Below are positions 19,031 through 29,056 of a stretch of DNA of 64,000 bases, piece by piece (the first letter of the stretch is position 1; each line of letters opens with the position of its first letter). The position numbers were made by a program, and so were the translations under genes. This DNA is from an uncultured Spirochaetota bacterium. GTDB taxonomy: Bacteria; Spirochaetota; Spirochaetia; SZUA-6; Fen-1364. The DNA lies in assembly GCA_963845535.1 (NCBI GenBank), contig CAWJSK010000014.1, positions 96,001-160,000 of the forward strand, written 5' to 3'. The notes below the pieces were generated by a model that saw nothing but the letters and a program-made list of their open reading frames with translations, was not told where the DNA came from and did not search any database.

Positions 19031-19651
19031 CTAGTTATCCAGCCCGGGGATTTGCACGTCCTCCCCGTTGTACCACTTGTCGAAAAGGTCCTTTGGGACT
19101 ACCGCCACCTTCGCGAGCATCTTGGAGTGCTCCTGCCCGCAGTACTGGGAGCACAACAGGTCAGTTGTTACGACCTCTGTCGCCTTGAACCATACCTTGT
19201 TGTGCATCCCCGGCACCACATCCTGCTTGATCCTGTAGTACGGCACGAAAAACCCGTGGATCACGTCCAGGGATTCAAGCGTGAGGACGACGTTCACGCC
19301 CTGGGGGACCACGAGGTCTCCGCTTTTCAGCCCGTTGGGGTACTCGAAAAGCCATGACCACTGCCGCGCAATGACGGTCACCTGCATGCCGTTGGGCGGA
19401 GGCGTCCTGAGGTATTCGAACCCCTTGTAGGCGTAGAAGAACATGGGAAGCACGATGAGGGTTGCCCCGATGATCCAGAGCGACTCCAGGAGGACGTTTC
19501 CCGATATTGCGGCCGGGTGCGGATTGCGCGACCGGCGGTAGCGCACCAGGAAGAACACCAGGAAAAAAATGATCAGGACAAAGAGCAGAACGCAGACGGC
19601 GAGGATGAAGATGAACGGGTCATTGACCGCGGCTTTTGTGTCTTGGATCAT
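19031..19651 (-). CDS. coxB: Cytochrome c oxidase subunit II
   Basis: Two TM helices, RQWSW, CuA ligands DVIH...CSQYCGQEHSKM. Confidence 0.93.
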   Translation of the reverse strand: MIQDTKAAVNDPFIFILAVCVLLFVLIIFFLVFFLVRYRRSRNPHPAAISGNVLLESLWIIGATLIVLPMFFYAYKGFEYLRTPPPNGMQVTVIARQWSWLFEYPNGLKSGDLVVPQGVNVVLTLESLDVIHGFFVPYYRIKQDVVPGMHNKVWFKATEVVTTDLLCSQYCGQEHSKMLAKVAVVPKDLFDKWYNGEDVQIPGLDN

Positions 19652-19663
19652 TCCTCCCCCCAC

Positions 19664-19927
19664 CTATCGAAAGAGCACATCAGTGTAGGTCAGCCCGATG
19701 AAGATCGCCAGGACGCAGACGGCTATTGGCACAAGGATCTTCAACAGCAAGCGCTTCTCGAACAGCAGGTTCATGAAGTACAGGAGCACGAGGGATGACT
19801 TGATGGCCGCTATGGCCAGCACGATCATGATGCCGACCCGGCCGAAGTTGAGGCTGGCGGATGTCACCGTGAGTGCCGTCAAGACGACGAGGCCAACCCA
19901 GACCAGGATGTAGCGGGGATAAGTCAC
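19664..19927 (-). CDS. Cytochrome c oxidase subunit IV family protein
   Basis: Three TM helices, IAAIKSSLVLLYFMNL; position within the cox operon. Confidence 0.85.
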   Translation of the reverse strand: MTYPRYILVWVGLVVLTALTVTSASLNFGRVGIMIVLAIAAIKSSLVLLYFMNLLFEKRLLLKILVPIAVCVLAIFIGLTYTDVLFR

Positions 19928-19939
19928 GTATCCTCCTCC

Positions 19940-20563
19940 TCAGGTGATCAGGTAGAACAGCGGGAACAGGAATATCCAGATGATGTCGACGAGGTGCCAG
20001 TAGAGCGCCCCGTTTTCCATGATGTTGATACGGTCCGCGGTGACCTTGCCGCGCAGCACGAAATTGAGCACGAAGCCCAGCACCGTCATCCCGATGATGA
20101 CGTGCAGCGCATGCAGCCCCGTCATTGTGAAGTACAGCCCGAAGAAAAGGATGAAGCCGTGGGGTTGGCTCTCCAGGAACTTCGCCCCCGGGTACAGCCC
20201 GTGCTCGAACTTGGTCCCCCACTCGAAGCTCTTCACCACCAGGAAGGTCAGCCCCAGCGCGATGGTTGCGGCAAGGAAGATGGCCGCGCGCCGCTTGTTC
20301 CGCTTCACGTGAAGGGAGTGCAGCGCCACAACGACGGTGAGGCTGGAGGTGAGCAGGACGACGGTGTTCAGAGTCCCGTCGAACCTGCTGAGCTCCAGGG
20401 AGCCGGCGTGGAAATCCCCCGGGTTCTTGTACCGGTACATCGAGTACAGCAGGAACATTCCGCCGAACAGGAGGATTTCCGAGAGCAGGAAAAGCCATAG
20501 GCCTACCCTGGCCTTGACTCCTTCCTCATGGATTTCAACGCTTTGACTGTGGCTGCTGCTCAT
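19940..20563 (-). CDS. coxC: Cytochrome c oxidase subunit III
   Basis: GLWLFLLSEILLF, NTVVLLTSS, TGLHALHV, YWHLVDIIW. Confidence 0.93.
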   Translation of the reverse strand: MSSSHSQSVEIHEEGVKARVGLWLFLLSEILLFGGMFLLYSMYRYKNPGDFHAGSLELSRFDGTLNTVVLLTSSLTVVVALHSLHVKRNKRRAAIFLAATIALGLTFLVVKSFEWGTKFEHGLYPGAKFLESQPHGFILFFGLYFTMTGLHALHVIIGMTVLGFVLNFVLRGKVTADRINIMENGALYWHLVDIIWIFLFPLFYLIT

Positions 20564-22244
20564 GCTTTTCCTTTGCGTCCCCACCATTTCCAGCGCCGTC
20601 GCCGTTGCCGTCACTCGTGCGGTCAGGGAAGATGTACGGTCCGTGCGTGACCACGGGGGTCTCCGCGAAGCTGTGCTCAGCCGGGGGAGACGGGATTTGC
20701 CATTCCAGAGTGGCCCCGCCCCACGGGTTGTCTTCCGCCTTCTTTCCGCGGAAGAACCCGTGAAGGAGGTTGCCGAACATCAGTGCCAGGCCGGCCACCA
20801 TGATCCAGGAACCGTACGTTGCAATCCGCTGCAGGTCCGTGAACTGCGGGAGGTAGGAGTAGTACCGCCTGGGCATCCCCGCCCACCCGAGGATCAGCAT
20901 CGTCATATAGAAGACATTGAAGCCGACAAACAGGACGATGAACGCGACGACCGCTCTTTTCTCGTTGTACATCTTGCCGAACATCTTCGGGAACCAGTAG
21001 TGCAGGGCGGCGAACAGCCCGAATCCCATGCCGCCGAAAATCACGTAGTGGAAGTGCCCGACAACGAAGTACGTGTCATGGGTGTGGACGTCCGTGGAGA
21101 GGGCCCCAAGGATCAGCCCCGTGAGCCCCCCGATGGAGAAGAGGGCAATGAAGCCCAGGGCGTACAGGAAAGGCGCATCCATCCTGATGGAGCCCTTGTA
21201 AAGGGTGGCCACCCAGTTGAAGACCTTGATGGCGCTTGGCACCGCTACAAGGAACGTGAGCAGGGAGAACACAACTCCCGCCGTGTCGCTCTGGCCGCTC
21301 ACGTACATATGGTGGCCCCACACGAGGGAGCCCACGCTTGCTATGGCAAGGCTGGAGAAGGCAATGGTCTTGTACCCGAAGATGTTCTTCCGTGAGAACA
21401 CGGGGATGATGTCGGAGATGATCCCCATGGCCGGCAGGATCATGATGTACACCGCCGGGTGCGAGTAGATCCAGAACAGGTGCTGGTAGAGCAGCGGATC
21501 CCCGCCCTTTGTCGGATCGAAGACGCCGATGCCGAAGATCCTCTCGATGAGGATCAGGACCATCGTGATGCCGATTACCGGGGTTGCCAGGACCTGCACC
21601 CACGCGGTGGCGTAAATGCCCCAGATGGACAGGGGCAGGCGGGAGAACTTCATTCCCGGGGCGCGTTCCATGTGGACCGTGGTGACGATGTTCACCCCCG
21701 TCAGAATGGAGGACATACCGAGGATGAAAACGCCGAAGACTGCGAACGGCACGTTCACCGTTGTCCGCAGGCTGTAGGGAACGTAGAACGTCCAGCCGGT
21801 GTCCGCGGGGCCATTCCCGGTGAGCAGGGACACCAGGAGGATGGTGGCGCCCAGGATGTACAGGTACCACGTGAACAGGTTCAAGCGGGGGAAGGCCATG
21901 TCCTTCCCCCCGATCAGAATGGGCAGAAAGAAGTTGCCGAAGATCGTCGGGATGGCCGGGATCACGACGAGGAATATCATTATGACACCGTGGAGCGTGA
22001 AGATCTGGTTGTAGCGCGTGCCGGTGAGGAACTTGCTGTCCGGTGAGAGCATCTGGATGCGCATCAACACCCCGAGGATCACCGCAATGGAGAAAAAGCT
22101 GAGGATCGGGACAAGATACAGCGTGCCGATCCTCTTGTGGTTGGTCGACGTGAGGAAGCCGCGCAGCCCCGCGCGCCTGCCTTCGTTGGTGTACCACGGG
22201 TAATGGGTATGCGGGTGTCCGTTGCCCCCGCCGTGCTCGTCCAT
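20535..22244 (-). CDS. coxA: Heme-copper oxygen reductase subunit I, A2 type
   Basis: TLHG, DMAFPRLN, GWTFY, WIYSHPAVY, WGHHM, GHFHY, MPRR. Confidence 0.96.
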   Translation of the reverse strand: MDEHGGGNGHPHTHYPWYTNEGRRAGLRGFLTSTNHKRIGTLYLVPILSFFSIAVILGVLMRIQMLSPDSKFLTGTRYNQIFTLHGVIMIFLVVIPAIPTIFGNFFLPILIGGKDMAFPRLNLFTWYLYILGATILLVSLLTGNGPADTGWTFYVPYSLRTTVNVPFAVFGVFILGMSSILTGVNIVTTVHMERAPGMKFSRLPLSIWGIYATAWVQVLATPVIGITMVLILIERIFGIGVFDPTKGGDPLLYQHLFWIYSHPAVYIMILPAMGIISDIIPVFSRKNIFGYKTIAFSSLAIASVGSLVWGHHMYVSGQSDTAGVVFSLLTFLVAVPSAIKVFNWVATLYKGSIRMDAPFLYALGFIALFSIGGLTGLILGALSTDVHTHDTYFVVGHFHYVIFGGMGFGLFAALHYWFPKMFGKMYNEKRAVVAFIVLFVGFNVFYMTMLILGWAGMPRRYYSYLPQFTDLQRIATYGSWIMVAGLALMFGNLLHGFFRGKKAEDNPWGGATLEWQIPSPPAEHSFAETPVVTHGPYIFPDRTSDGNGDGAGNGGDAKEKHEQQPQSKR

Positions 22245-22262
22245 CCTGTTACGACCTCCTGT

Positions 22263-23060
22263 CTATTTCCATCCCTGGGCCTGGATGTACTGGTAGATGT
22301 CTGCCGCATCCTGAGCGCTCAAGGTGTCCGCGGCGAACGCGGGCATCTGCCCCGCTGAGCCGTTGGGCATGACCGGGTTCCTGACGAAGGAGACGAAGGT
22401 GTCTTCCGTCGCGAGCTGCTTGGCGCCCTTCAAGGGCAGCTCAGGCACCACGACATTCGCGCCGCCGGGGTGGCATGCCGCGCAGTTCGCTGCAAAAAGC
22501 CGCGCCCCGAGCCGCACCGCCGATGGCGCCGCCCGCGCGCCTGCCGGCGCGGACCCCGCTGCCGCTCCTCCCGCGCCGCCCGCGGTGGAGCCGGCGGGAG
22601 CAGCCGCTTCCGTGGCCGCCTGCGAGCCTGCCCAGTTGCCGTAGACCAGCCGCGCGCCGAACCACCCCAGCCCCACCACGCCAACGACGGCGAGCGCGTA
22701 GATCACCATCATGGGCGCGCTTCTGACTTTGAGCTCGGACCCCAGGATGATGCCCGCTCCCAGGAGAAGGAGCACGCAGCTTGCCAGGATCATCTTCGCC
22801 TTGATGGGCGGGATAAGCGCTCCCTTGAAGAAGTGCAGCCAGTCCATCACCCCGAAGAGGATGGTGGGGAACACGAAGATGAACGCGAGGATGGAGACGT
22901 GGCGCGCGGTCAGGAACAGGTTCTTCTTCTTGAAGATCACCGCCACGTAGAAAAAGCAGAACGCGCCGATGACAAGCCCGATGGGGATGTGCGTGATGGG
23001 AGCGTGGAGCGGGTCGGTGAAGCCGACCTTTGCCAGGAGCTGGTAGATGCCGTCGATCAT
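22263..23060 (-). CDS. DUF2231-like 4-TM domain fused to a monoheme cytochrome c6-like domain
   Basis: PLHAPITHIPIG and GWFGARLVY; Ala/Gly linker; CAACH heme site, GQMPAF axial Met. Confidence 0.82.
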   Translation of the reverse strand: MIDGIYQLLAKVGFTDPLHAPITHIPIGLVIGAFCFFYVAVIFKKKNLFLTARHVSILAFIFVFPTILFGVMDWLHFFKGALIPPIKAKMILASCVLLLLGAGIILGSELKVRSAPMMVIYALAVVGVVGLGWFGARLVYGNWAGSQAATEAAAPAGSTAGGAGGAAAGSAPAGARAAPSAVRLGARLFAANCAACHPGGANVVVPELPLKGAKQLATEDTFVSFVRNPVMPNGSAGQMPAFAADTLSAQDAADIYQYIQAQGWK

Positions 23061-23914
23061 TTCGTGCCTCCTCCTATGCTGGAAAAATCGACATCGGCCA
23101 GGCCCCGTGCGGCTGCCTGTCCGAAGAGCTCCTTTGTAGCATGAGTAGCGGGAAGAGGCACGCCCAGCTCGTAGGCGGCGTCGGACACGAGCTGGAGGTC
23201 CTTGTGCATCAGGCGCAGGGGGAACTCGACCTCATACCTGCCGGTGGCGAGCTTCTCACGCTTGGCCGCCATGAAAGGGGCCACCACGCCGCTGCCCACC
23301 AGCGAGTCCAGCAGCATCCCGCGGCTGAAGCCCAGCGCCTCTCCGAAAGCCAGGGCCTCGGAGAATGCCGCCATTGCATTCCCGAGGAGCATGTTGTTCA
23401 CGAGCTTCAGCGAGCTGCCCATCCCCGTGGCGCCCACGTGCTTGATCGTCTTCCCCATCACGGAAAGAAGGGGCTTGCACTTCTCCAGGTCTTTTGCATC
23501 CCCCCCGACGAGGAACGTCAGCTCCGCCCTTTCAGCCGCGGGCAGGGATCCGACCGCCGGGGCGTCCAGGAACGACACCCCGCGGCGCGCCGCCTCAGCG
23601 CCCATCCGGCGGGAGGCAGCCGGGGTCACCGTGCTGCAGTCCACCCACACGGCGCCCCGAGGCATGGCATCCAGAAAGCCTTCAGGCCCCAAGGCAAGCG
23701 CCGCCACCGCATCAGGGTTGGCAAGCATGGTAAAGGAGATTTCCGCGTGACGCGCCGCTTCGGCAGGCGTCGAGGCGAGCCTGGCTCCTGCCTTCACGAG
23801 CCCCTGAGCTTTCCCGGGGGAACGATTCCATACGACAAGCTCCTGGCCCGCTCGAAGGAGGTTGGCCGCCATCCGGCTTCCCATGATCCCCAGCCCAATG
23901 AAGGCGACTCTCAT
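23057..23914 (-). CDS. NAD(P)-dependent beta-hydroxyacid dehydrogenase (3-hydroxyisobutyrate dehydrogenase family)
   Basis: FIGLGIMG, WNRS, DCST, FLDAP, KLVNN, KDL. Confidence 0.9.
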   Translation of the reverse strand: MRVAFIGLGIMGSRMAANLLRAGQELVVWNRSPGKAQGLVKAGARLASTPAEAARHAEISFTMLANPDAVAALALGPEGFLDAMPRGAVWVDCSTVTPAASRRMGAEAARRGVSFLDAPAVGSLPAAERAELTFLVGGDAKDLEKCKPLLSVMGKTIKHVGATGMGSSLKLVNNMLLGNAMAAFSEALAFGEALGFSRGMLLDSLVGSGVVAPFMAAKREKLATGRYEVEFPLRLMHKDLQLVSDAAYELGVPLPATHATKELFGQAAARGLADVDFSSIGGGTK

Positions 23915-24609
23915 TCTTTCGTCTCCCATGCAGCCACCGCCTGGCGGAGGGCCACGGCAGAAGGTGGATCAGAAAGCGACTCAGACTGCAGGACATCAGA
24001 GGGCTTGTCGATTTCTTTTCCATAGTATGCGGAGCTGGCGTCGAGATCCACGTCCAGGGAGACGCCCTGCAGGCTTACGCCCACGAAGATACCCCGCGTC
24101 CTGGAATAGCTGTAGATCTCAGCTTTCATGTCGGCGTCCGTGGCCGCGCCGGCGGACCTGCCCAGCGATCCGGCGGCAACGGAGGCATCCACCCCGAGGG
24201 TGTAGCGTCCGCGCAGCACTGCATCCAGGCTGCGGCGGGTGCGGAAGAACAGCAGGATGTCGGCGGATTGCACCCCCACCTGCCAGCCTACGCTGGCTCC
24301 CGACAAGGTCAGGAACAGGGGCCTGCTCCAGGAGCTGATCCCCTGGCGCACGACAAGGACCCCCCTGCCGTGCTGGCCTCCGATCACGAAGCCGACTTTC
24401 TGCACATCCGGGAAGATGGCGAGCGCGTACGTTATTTTCATGAGTCGTTGAACAGCGTCGCGCTCGGGAACGGTCGTGATTGTCTTGAAAACGTCCAGGG
24501 AGTCCTGGACCTCGCGCGCCTGTGCGCGTTCCGCGAATGCAGGCACGGCTCCCAGCAGCGTCAGGAGCGCGCAGATAGCGAGCGGCGCGGAAGCGGGTCG
24601 ACGGACCAT
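23911..24609 (-). CDS. Lipid-binding SYLF (Ysc84) domain protein
   Basis: KVGFVIGGQHGRG, SVGWQVG, YSYSRTRGIFVGVSLQG; signal peptide. Confidence 0.9.
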   Translation of the reverse strand: MVRRPASAPLAICALLTLLGAVPAFAERAQAREVQDSLDVFKTITTVPERDAVQRLMKITYALAIFPDVQKVGFVIGGQHGRGVLVVRQGISSWSRPLFLTLSGASVGWQVGVQSADILLFFRTRRSLDAVLRGRYTLGVDASVAAGSLGRSAGAATDADMKAEIYSYSRTRGIFVGVSLQGVSLDVDLDASSAYYGKEIDKPSDVLQSESLSDPPSAVALRQAVAAWETKE

Positions 24610-24732
24610 GAACAGGTTCCTCCCGAAGGGCCAACGGCTGCGGCTCGCACCCAACGGGCCGTGCGGCTGCCGCGTGAATGACTTCCTGTCCATATAGTAC
24701 TTTGCCGATCCGCCTGTCGCATAGCCGGAAAT

Positions 24733-25986
24733 TTACGTTTCCATCAGCTCTTCATTCACTTCCTGAAGGAAAGAGTCTATCATCCGGCGGTCCTCCGGGC
24801 TCCCATACAGGTTCACGCTCAGTGTGAGCGTTCCCGCGAAGCCGCTCAGGGCGAGTTGGAAATGGGGTTTGAACTTGATGGACCCGCACAGGAAGGCGGA
24901 TTGGATCGGGCTTCCCTTGAATGACAGCCGGTTCGAATCCAGCTCACCGATGTTCGTCATGCAGATGAGAGGCGCTTTGAGCGCTCGCTTCAGCAACCGT
25001 GATCCGAGGCGCTCGCCGCAAAGCAAGAATGGAAAGGACAGCTTCATCAGCCCACCGAGGCCGATTCGCCTCCCTTTCAGCCCGTCCATCACACTTTTCA
25101 CCTTGAGAAGCGTTTCCTCGAACGGCTCCCCGTCCCGCTGCCGGATGCGCGTGATCACCATCGAAGAGAGGTTGCGAAGGGAGGTGAACTCCGTCTCGGG
25201 CGCGTACCTCCGCATGTCGACCATGATGGGAATCTCCAGATGCTCGCGTGCGGAACGGCCGAGGCGGCGTGCAAGCACCCTGTAATACGCGGTGAGCGCC
25301 GCATCGTTGATCGTGGCGCCGCGCTCCCGGCAAAGCTCCCGAAGTCGTGAGACGTTCTTCTCATCCAGCGTCCGGGTCGCGATGAACGGCTTTGCTCCCG
25401 CCTGTTCCGCGAAAGGGAACACGAAGCTCCCCGACCTGTTGACACTCCCGATCATCGAGTGGACCCTCGCCCGCAGGCTGAAAGCGCGCACGACATCACG
25501 AAAACTCCTGTCCCCCGTAACGATTTCGCGGGGGGTGAACGCCGGATTGTCGACGAGAGCCGAATAGGTTTCACTGAGAAGATAGAGGTAGCGTTTGAAG
25601 CCGGCGCCGTCCGCGATCATGTGGTTCATCGTTATGGCAATGGCGCCGCTCGTGCCGCGCAGGAGCGCCACGCGGACTTGCGGGCCGACCTCCTCATTCA
25701 ACCGGCACGTGGCTTGCGCATTGAATGAGCTTCCGTCTCCCGTTGCGGTGAACGCCCGCTTGCAATCCGCTTCCGCCAGGCTCTCCCACACTGGCCGTCC
25801 GGGCCGCGGGGCGTACCGGGTAGCGAGGATGGGGACGGCGTGGAGGGTCAGGGCGACCGCCCCGCGGAGCGTGGCCTCGTCCAACGCCGAAGAAAACCGC
25901 ATGTGGCAGTGGACCTGGTGGTCGTTGAAGCCTTTGGCAGTGTACAAAAGCTGCATGCGGTCGAAAATCTGTACCGGGTATTCCAT
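24733..25986 (-). CDS. Stand-alone condensation-domain/CoA-dependent acyltransferase-like protein
   Basis: NHMIADG (HHxxxDG-like), TINDA, MVDMRRY, TNIG. Confidence 0.75.
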   Translation of the reverse strand: MEYPVQIFDRMQLLYTAKGFNDHQVHCHMRFSSALDEATLRGAVALTLHAVPILATRYAPRPGRPVWESLAEADCKRAFTATGDGSSFNAQATCRLNEEVGPQVRVALLRGTSGAIAITMNHMIADGAGFKRYLYLLSETYSALVDNPAFTPREIVTGDRSFRDVVRAFSLRARVHSMIGSVNRSGSFVFPFAEQAGAKPFIATRTLDEKNVSRLRELCRERGATINDAALTAYYRVLARRLGRSAREHLEIPIMVDMRRYAPETEFTSLRNLSSMVITRIRQRDGEPFEETLLKVKSVMDGLKGRRIGLGGLMKLSFPFLLCGERLGSRLLKRALKAPLICMTNIGELDSNRLSFKGSPIQSAFLCGSIKFKPHFQLALSGFAGTLTLSVNLYGSPEDRRMIDSFLQEVNEELMET

Positions 25987-26063
25987 GGTGACCTCCCGGC
26001 CGCGGGATCTCATCCATCCGTCCCGCGCGCCTGCGCGAGCCTATGGCGTTTGGGGGTCAAAGT

Positions 26064-26096
26064 CAATACTGTTGGTATTGAGTACCAAAGGTATCT
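26064..26096. promoter_or_regulatory. Tandem palindromic operator in a divergent intergenic region
   Basis: CAATAC-TGTTG-GTATTG (26064-26080), followed by the degenerate copy GAGTAC-CAAAG-GTATCT. Confidence 0.5.
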
Positions 26097-26109
26097 GAAT
26101 GGAGCGACT

Positions 26110-26763
26110 ATGGCAAAGACGGATCCGGCGCCGGCAGCGGCGCACCGACAACGGCGCGTGAAGCGCTCGGAAGTCCGACGACGGCTCCTTGACGCGGCGT
26201 ACGGCGTCTTTGCGGAGCATGGCTACGAGGCCGCGAGCCTGGAGCGCGTCGCGGAGGCTGCCGGCTTCAGCAAGGGCGCCGTCTATTCGAACTTCGCGAA
26301 CAAGGACGAGCTTTTCTTCGAGCTGGTAGCCGCGCGCATTGACGAACGCGTGGAGGCGGTACGGTCCGCCGAGGCCAGGCGAAGGGCCGGCAGTGGCTCC
26401 GCCGCCCATGATGCCGCCGCAATGGCGTTCCTGGCGGGAAAGGAGCTTCGCGTCCTGGGTGCCGCGGATCCGGACTGGCAGATGCTGTTCATCGAGTTCT
26501 GGCTTCGGTGCGCGCGGAGTGAGGAGCTGCGGGCCAGGCTCGCGGAGCGTCGCCGCGCAATGCGAGCAACCATTGCGCGCCTGATCGAGGCGGAAGGGGC
26601 AGCCTTGGGAGAGACCATCCGGCACGGGAGGGCCATGGACCTGGCCACCACCGTACTGGCTCTCTCCAACGGCCTCGGCATCGAGGGCCTGATCGACCCA
26701 AAGGCCGTCCGACCCGCACTCTTCGGTGAGGTGATGGGGAGTCTGTTCGCGGCTGCCAGGTGA
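26110..26763 (+). CDS. TetR/AcrR family transcriptional regulator
   Basis: RRRLLDAAYGVFAEHGYEAASLERVAEAAGFSKGAVYSNFANKDELF. Confidence 0.92.
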   Translation: MAKTDPAPAAAHRQRRVKRSEVRRRLLDAAYGVFAEHGYEAASLERVAEAAGFSKGAVYSNFANKDELFFELVAARIDERVEAVRSAEARRRAGSGSAAHDAAAMAFLAGKELRVLGAADPDWQMLFIEFWLRCARSEELRARLAERRRAMRATIARLIEAEGAALGETIRHGRAMDLATTVLALSNGLGIEGLIDPKAVRPALFGEVMGSLFAAAR

Positions 26764-26832
26764 GATCATCCGCGGGCAGGCACGTGTCAACTCGAAAGGC
26801 CGTATACCGATAATCTCAGCAGGGGGGCAAGC

Positions 26833-28995
26833 GTGACAGTCTTCGGCAGGAGGGTCTCTCCTGCAATCCTCGTCGTTTCCAGCGTGCTTGCGGCGGTGTG
26901 CGCCGCGACGTTCGCGTCCCTGGCTCTGGCAGCCGCCGGGGCCCTTTCCGCTTTGGGCGCGCCGGGACGGTTCCTCCTCGCCGGCTTCTCCTGGGCGGCT
27001 TTCTTTGTGCCGCTGTATCTCCTGTGCGGCGTGTTCCTTCTCACGGCCCGGGTTTTCCGGCGTCGCTCCGCGTTCCTCCTCATGTTCTCCATCATCCCGT
27101 TTCTCACGCTGAGCCTCCTGCTGCGCGTCCTCCAGAGTCCCTCGTCCTCACTGCCGCTGGTCCTCGTGGATTCCTTCGGGGTGTTTCCCGCCGCTCTCCT
27201 CCTGGTGCTTCTCCTGGCGCTGGAGATGATCTTTCTCCTCACCATGCCGTACGGAAGGATCCCGGACGCCCGCCGAAAGGCCCGCGCTCCGGTAAAAAAG
27301 CCACTTGCCTTGCCGCTGATTGTTCCTTCTGATCCCCCGGCTGTGCTGGCGGCGCTGCTGCCCGCGGCGGAAGAGACGGTGGAGCCGCTTCCTCCGATTT
27401 CTGTAGAGGCTGTCGTCGCGGAGCCGCTCCCCCCAGAGCAGATCCCCGCCGAGGCAGCGCCGGTGCCGCAAGAGCCGCCGGTGCCTACCTTCCCGAAAAA
27501 ACGCAGCCCTGAGCCCGTGGTCATCCCGTCCCCTCCTCGCGAGCAGGCGGAGCTGCCGTTTCCCCCTGAGAAGGCGGGCAAGGCCGCGTACGGCATCCCG
27601 GTGCATCACGTCTTGAAAAACAGGGAAGGGGACCCCTACTGGATCATTGACGATGAAACCAAGCGCGCGGCGCACATCCTCACCGAGTCGCTTCGGGAGT
27701 TCAACATTGAAGCGGAGGTGACAGGGATCAGGAAAGGCCCCGTCATCACGCTGTTCGAAGTCCTTCCCGCGCCAGGGGTCCGCGTGTCGAAGATCGCGAA
27801 CCTTGCTGACAATATCGCGCTTCGCCTTGCGGCGCCGAGCGTGCGCATCGTGGCCCCCATCCCCGGGCGGCATGCGGTGGGAATCGAGGTGCCGAACATG
27901 GTCCGCGCCATCGTCTCCTTCAAGGAGATGATTTCCCTGGACGTCATGCAGAAGTCTCCGTACGAAATCCCGCTGGCCCTCGGGAAGGACATCCTCGGAG
28001 AGGCGCAGGTGATCGACCTTGTGCAGACCCCGCACCTCCTCATTGGGGGGGCAACGAACTCGGGCAAAAGCGTGCTGGTGAACTCGATCATCTGCTCCAT
28101 CCTGTTCCGCAAGTCACCGGATGAAGTGCGGCTTTTCCTGATCGACCCCAAGATCGTGGAGCTGAAGCTCTACAACGGCTGTCCGCACCTCCTGACCCCC
28201 GTGATCACCGAGCCGAAGAAGGCATTCCAGGCGCTGCAGTACTGCATCTCGGAAATGGAAAGGCGCTACACGCTGCTGGACGCCCTGGGCGTTCGGGACA
28301 TCCGCGCTTTCAACAAGAAGGCGAAAAAGGAAAAGGTGCAGCGCCTCCCGTATATCGTCATCGTCATCGATGAGTTTGCCGACCTCATGGCCACCACGGG
28401 CAAGGAGCTTGAGTCCACGCTGGCCCGGCTGGCGGCCATGGCGCGCGCCATCGGCATCCACATGGTGCTGGCAACGCAGCGGCCTTCCATTGACGTGATA
28501 ACGGGCCTCATCAAGGCAAACATTCCCTCCCGCATCGCCTTCATGGTCGCGAACAAGTTCGACTCACGGATCATCATCGATGGCGTTGGCGCGGAGAAGC
28601 TCCTCGGCAAAGGCGACATGCTTTTCTCCGCGGCGTGGAACCCGTTCCCCACGCGCATCCAGGGCGCGTATATCGATGACGAAGAGATCGACGCCGTCAC
28701 CGAGTACGTGAAGAAGCTCGGTCCGCCCCAGTACATCGAGGACGAGGTGTTCTTCGATGACGAAGAGACGGGGGATTTCGAGGGAGAGCCGGGCAACGAT
28801 CCGCTGTACGAGCAGGCCATCGATATCGTGGTTGCTCAAGGCAGGGCATCGGCTTCCTACCTGCAGCGCCGCCTCAAGGTTGGATACAACAGGGCCGCGC
28901 GCCTGGTGGAGGAGATGGAGATGCGGGGGATCGTGGGGCCGGCGCAGGGCAGCAAGCCGCGGGAGATTCTGCATATTCCGAACAAGGGAGGCTGA
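26833..28995 (+). CDS. ftsK: DNA translocase FtsK
   Basis: N-terminal TM helices, PHLLIGGATNSGKS, IDEFADL, LATQRPS, gamma domain LQRRLKVGYNRAARL. Confidence 0.96.
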   Translation: MTVFGRRVSPAILVVSSVLAAVCAATFASLALAAAGALSALGAPGRFLLAGFSWAAFFVPLYLLCGVFLLTARVFRRRSAFLLMFSIIPFLTLSLLLRVLQSPSSSLPLVLVDSFGVFPAALLLVLLLALEMIFLLTMPYGRIPDARRKARAPVKKPLALPLIVPSDPPAVLAALLPAAEETVEPLPPISVEAVVAEPLPPEQIPAEAAPVPQEPPVPTFPKKRSPEPVVIPSPPREQAELPFPPEKAGKAAYGIPVHHVLKNREGDPYWIIDDETKRAAHILTESLREFNIEAEVTGIRKGPVITLFEVLPAPGVRVSKIANLADNIALRLAAPSVRIVAPIPGRHAVGIEVPNMVRAIVSFKEMISLDVMQKSPYEIPLALGKDILGEAQVIDLVQTPHLLIGGATNSGKSVLVNSIICSILFRKSPDEVRLFLIDPKIVELKLYNGCPHLLTPVITEPKKAFQALQYCISEMERRYTLLDALGVRDIRAFNKKAKKEKVQRLPYIVIVIDEFADLMATTGKELESTLARLAAMARAIGIHMVLATQRPSIDVITGLIKANIPSRIAFMVANKFDSRIIIDGVGAEKLLGKGDMLFSAAWNPFPTRIQGAYIDDEEIDAVTEYVKKLGPPQYIEDEVFFDDEETGDFEGEPGNDPLYEQAIDIVVAQGRASASYLQRRLKVGYNRAARLVEEMEMRGIVGPAQGSKPREILHIPNKGG

Positions 28996-29056
28996 CCGCA
29001 GCGGCCGTGACGGCCCGCACCTTGCGTGCGCCGTCCGAAAGCCGTAGCATTGCGCC

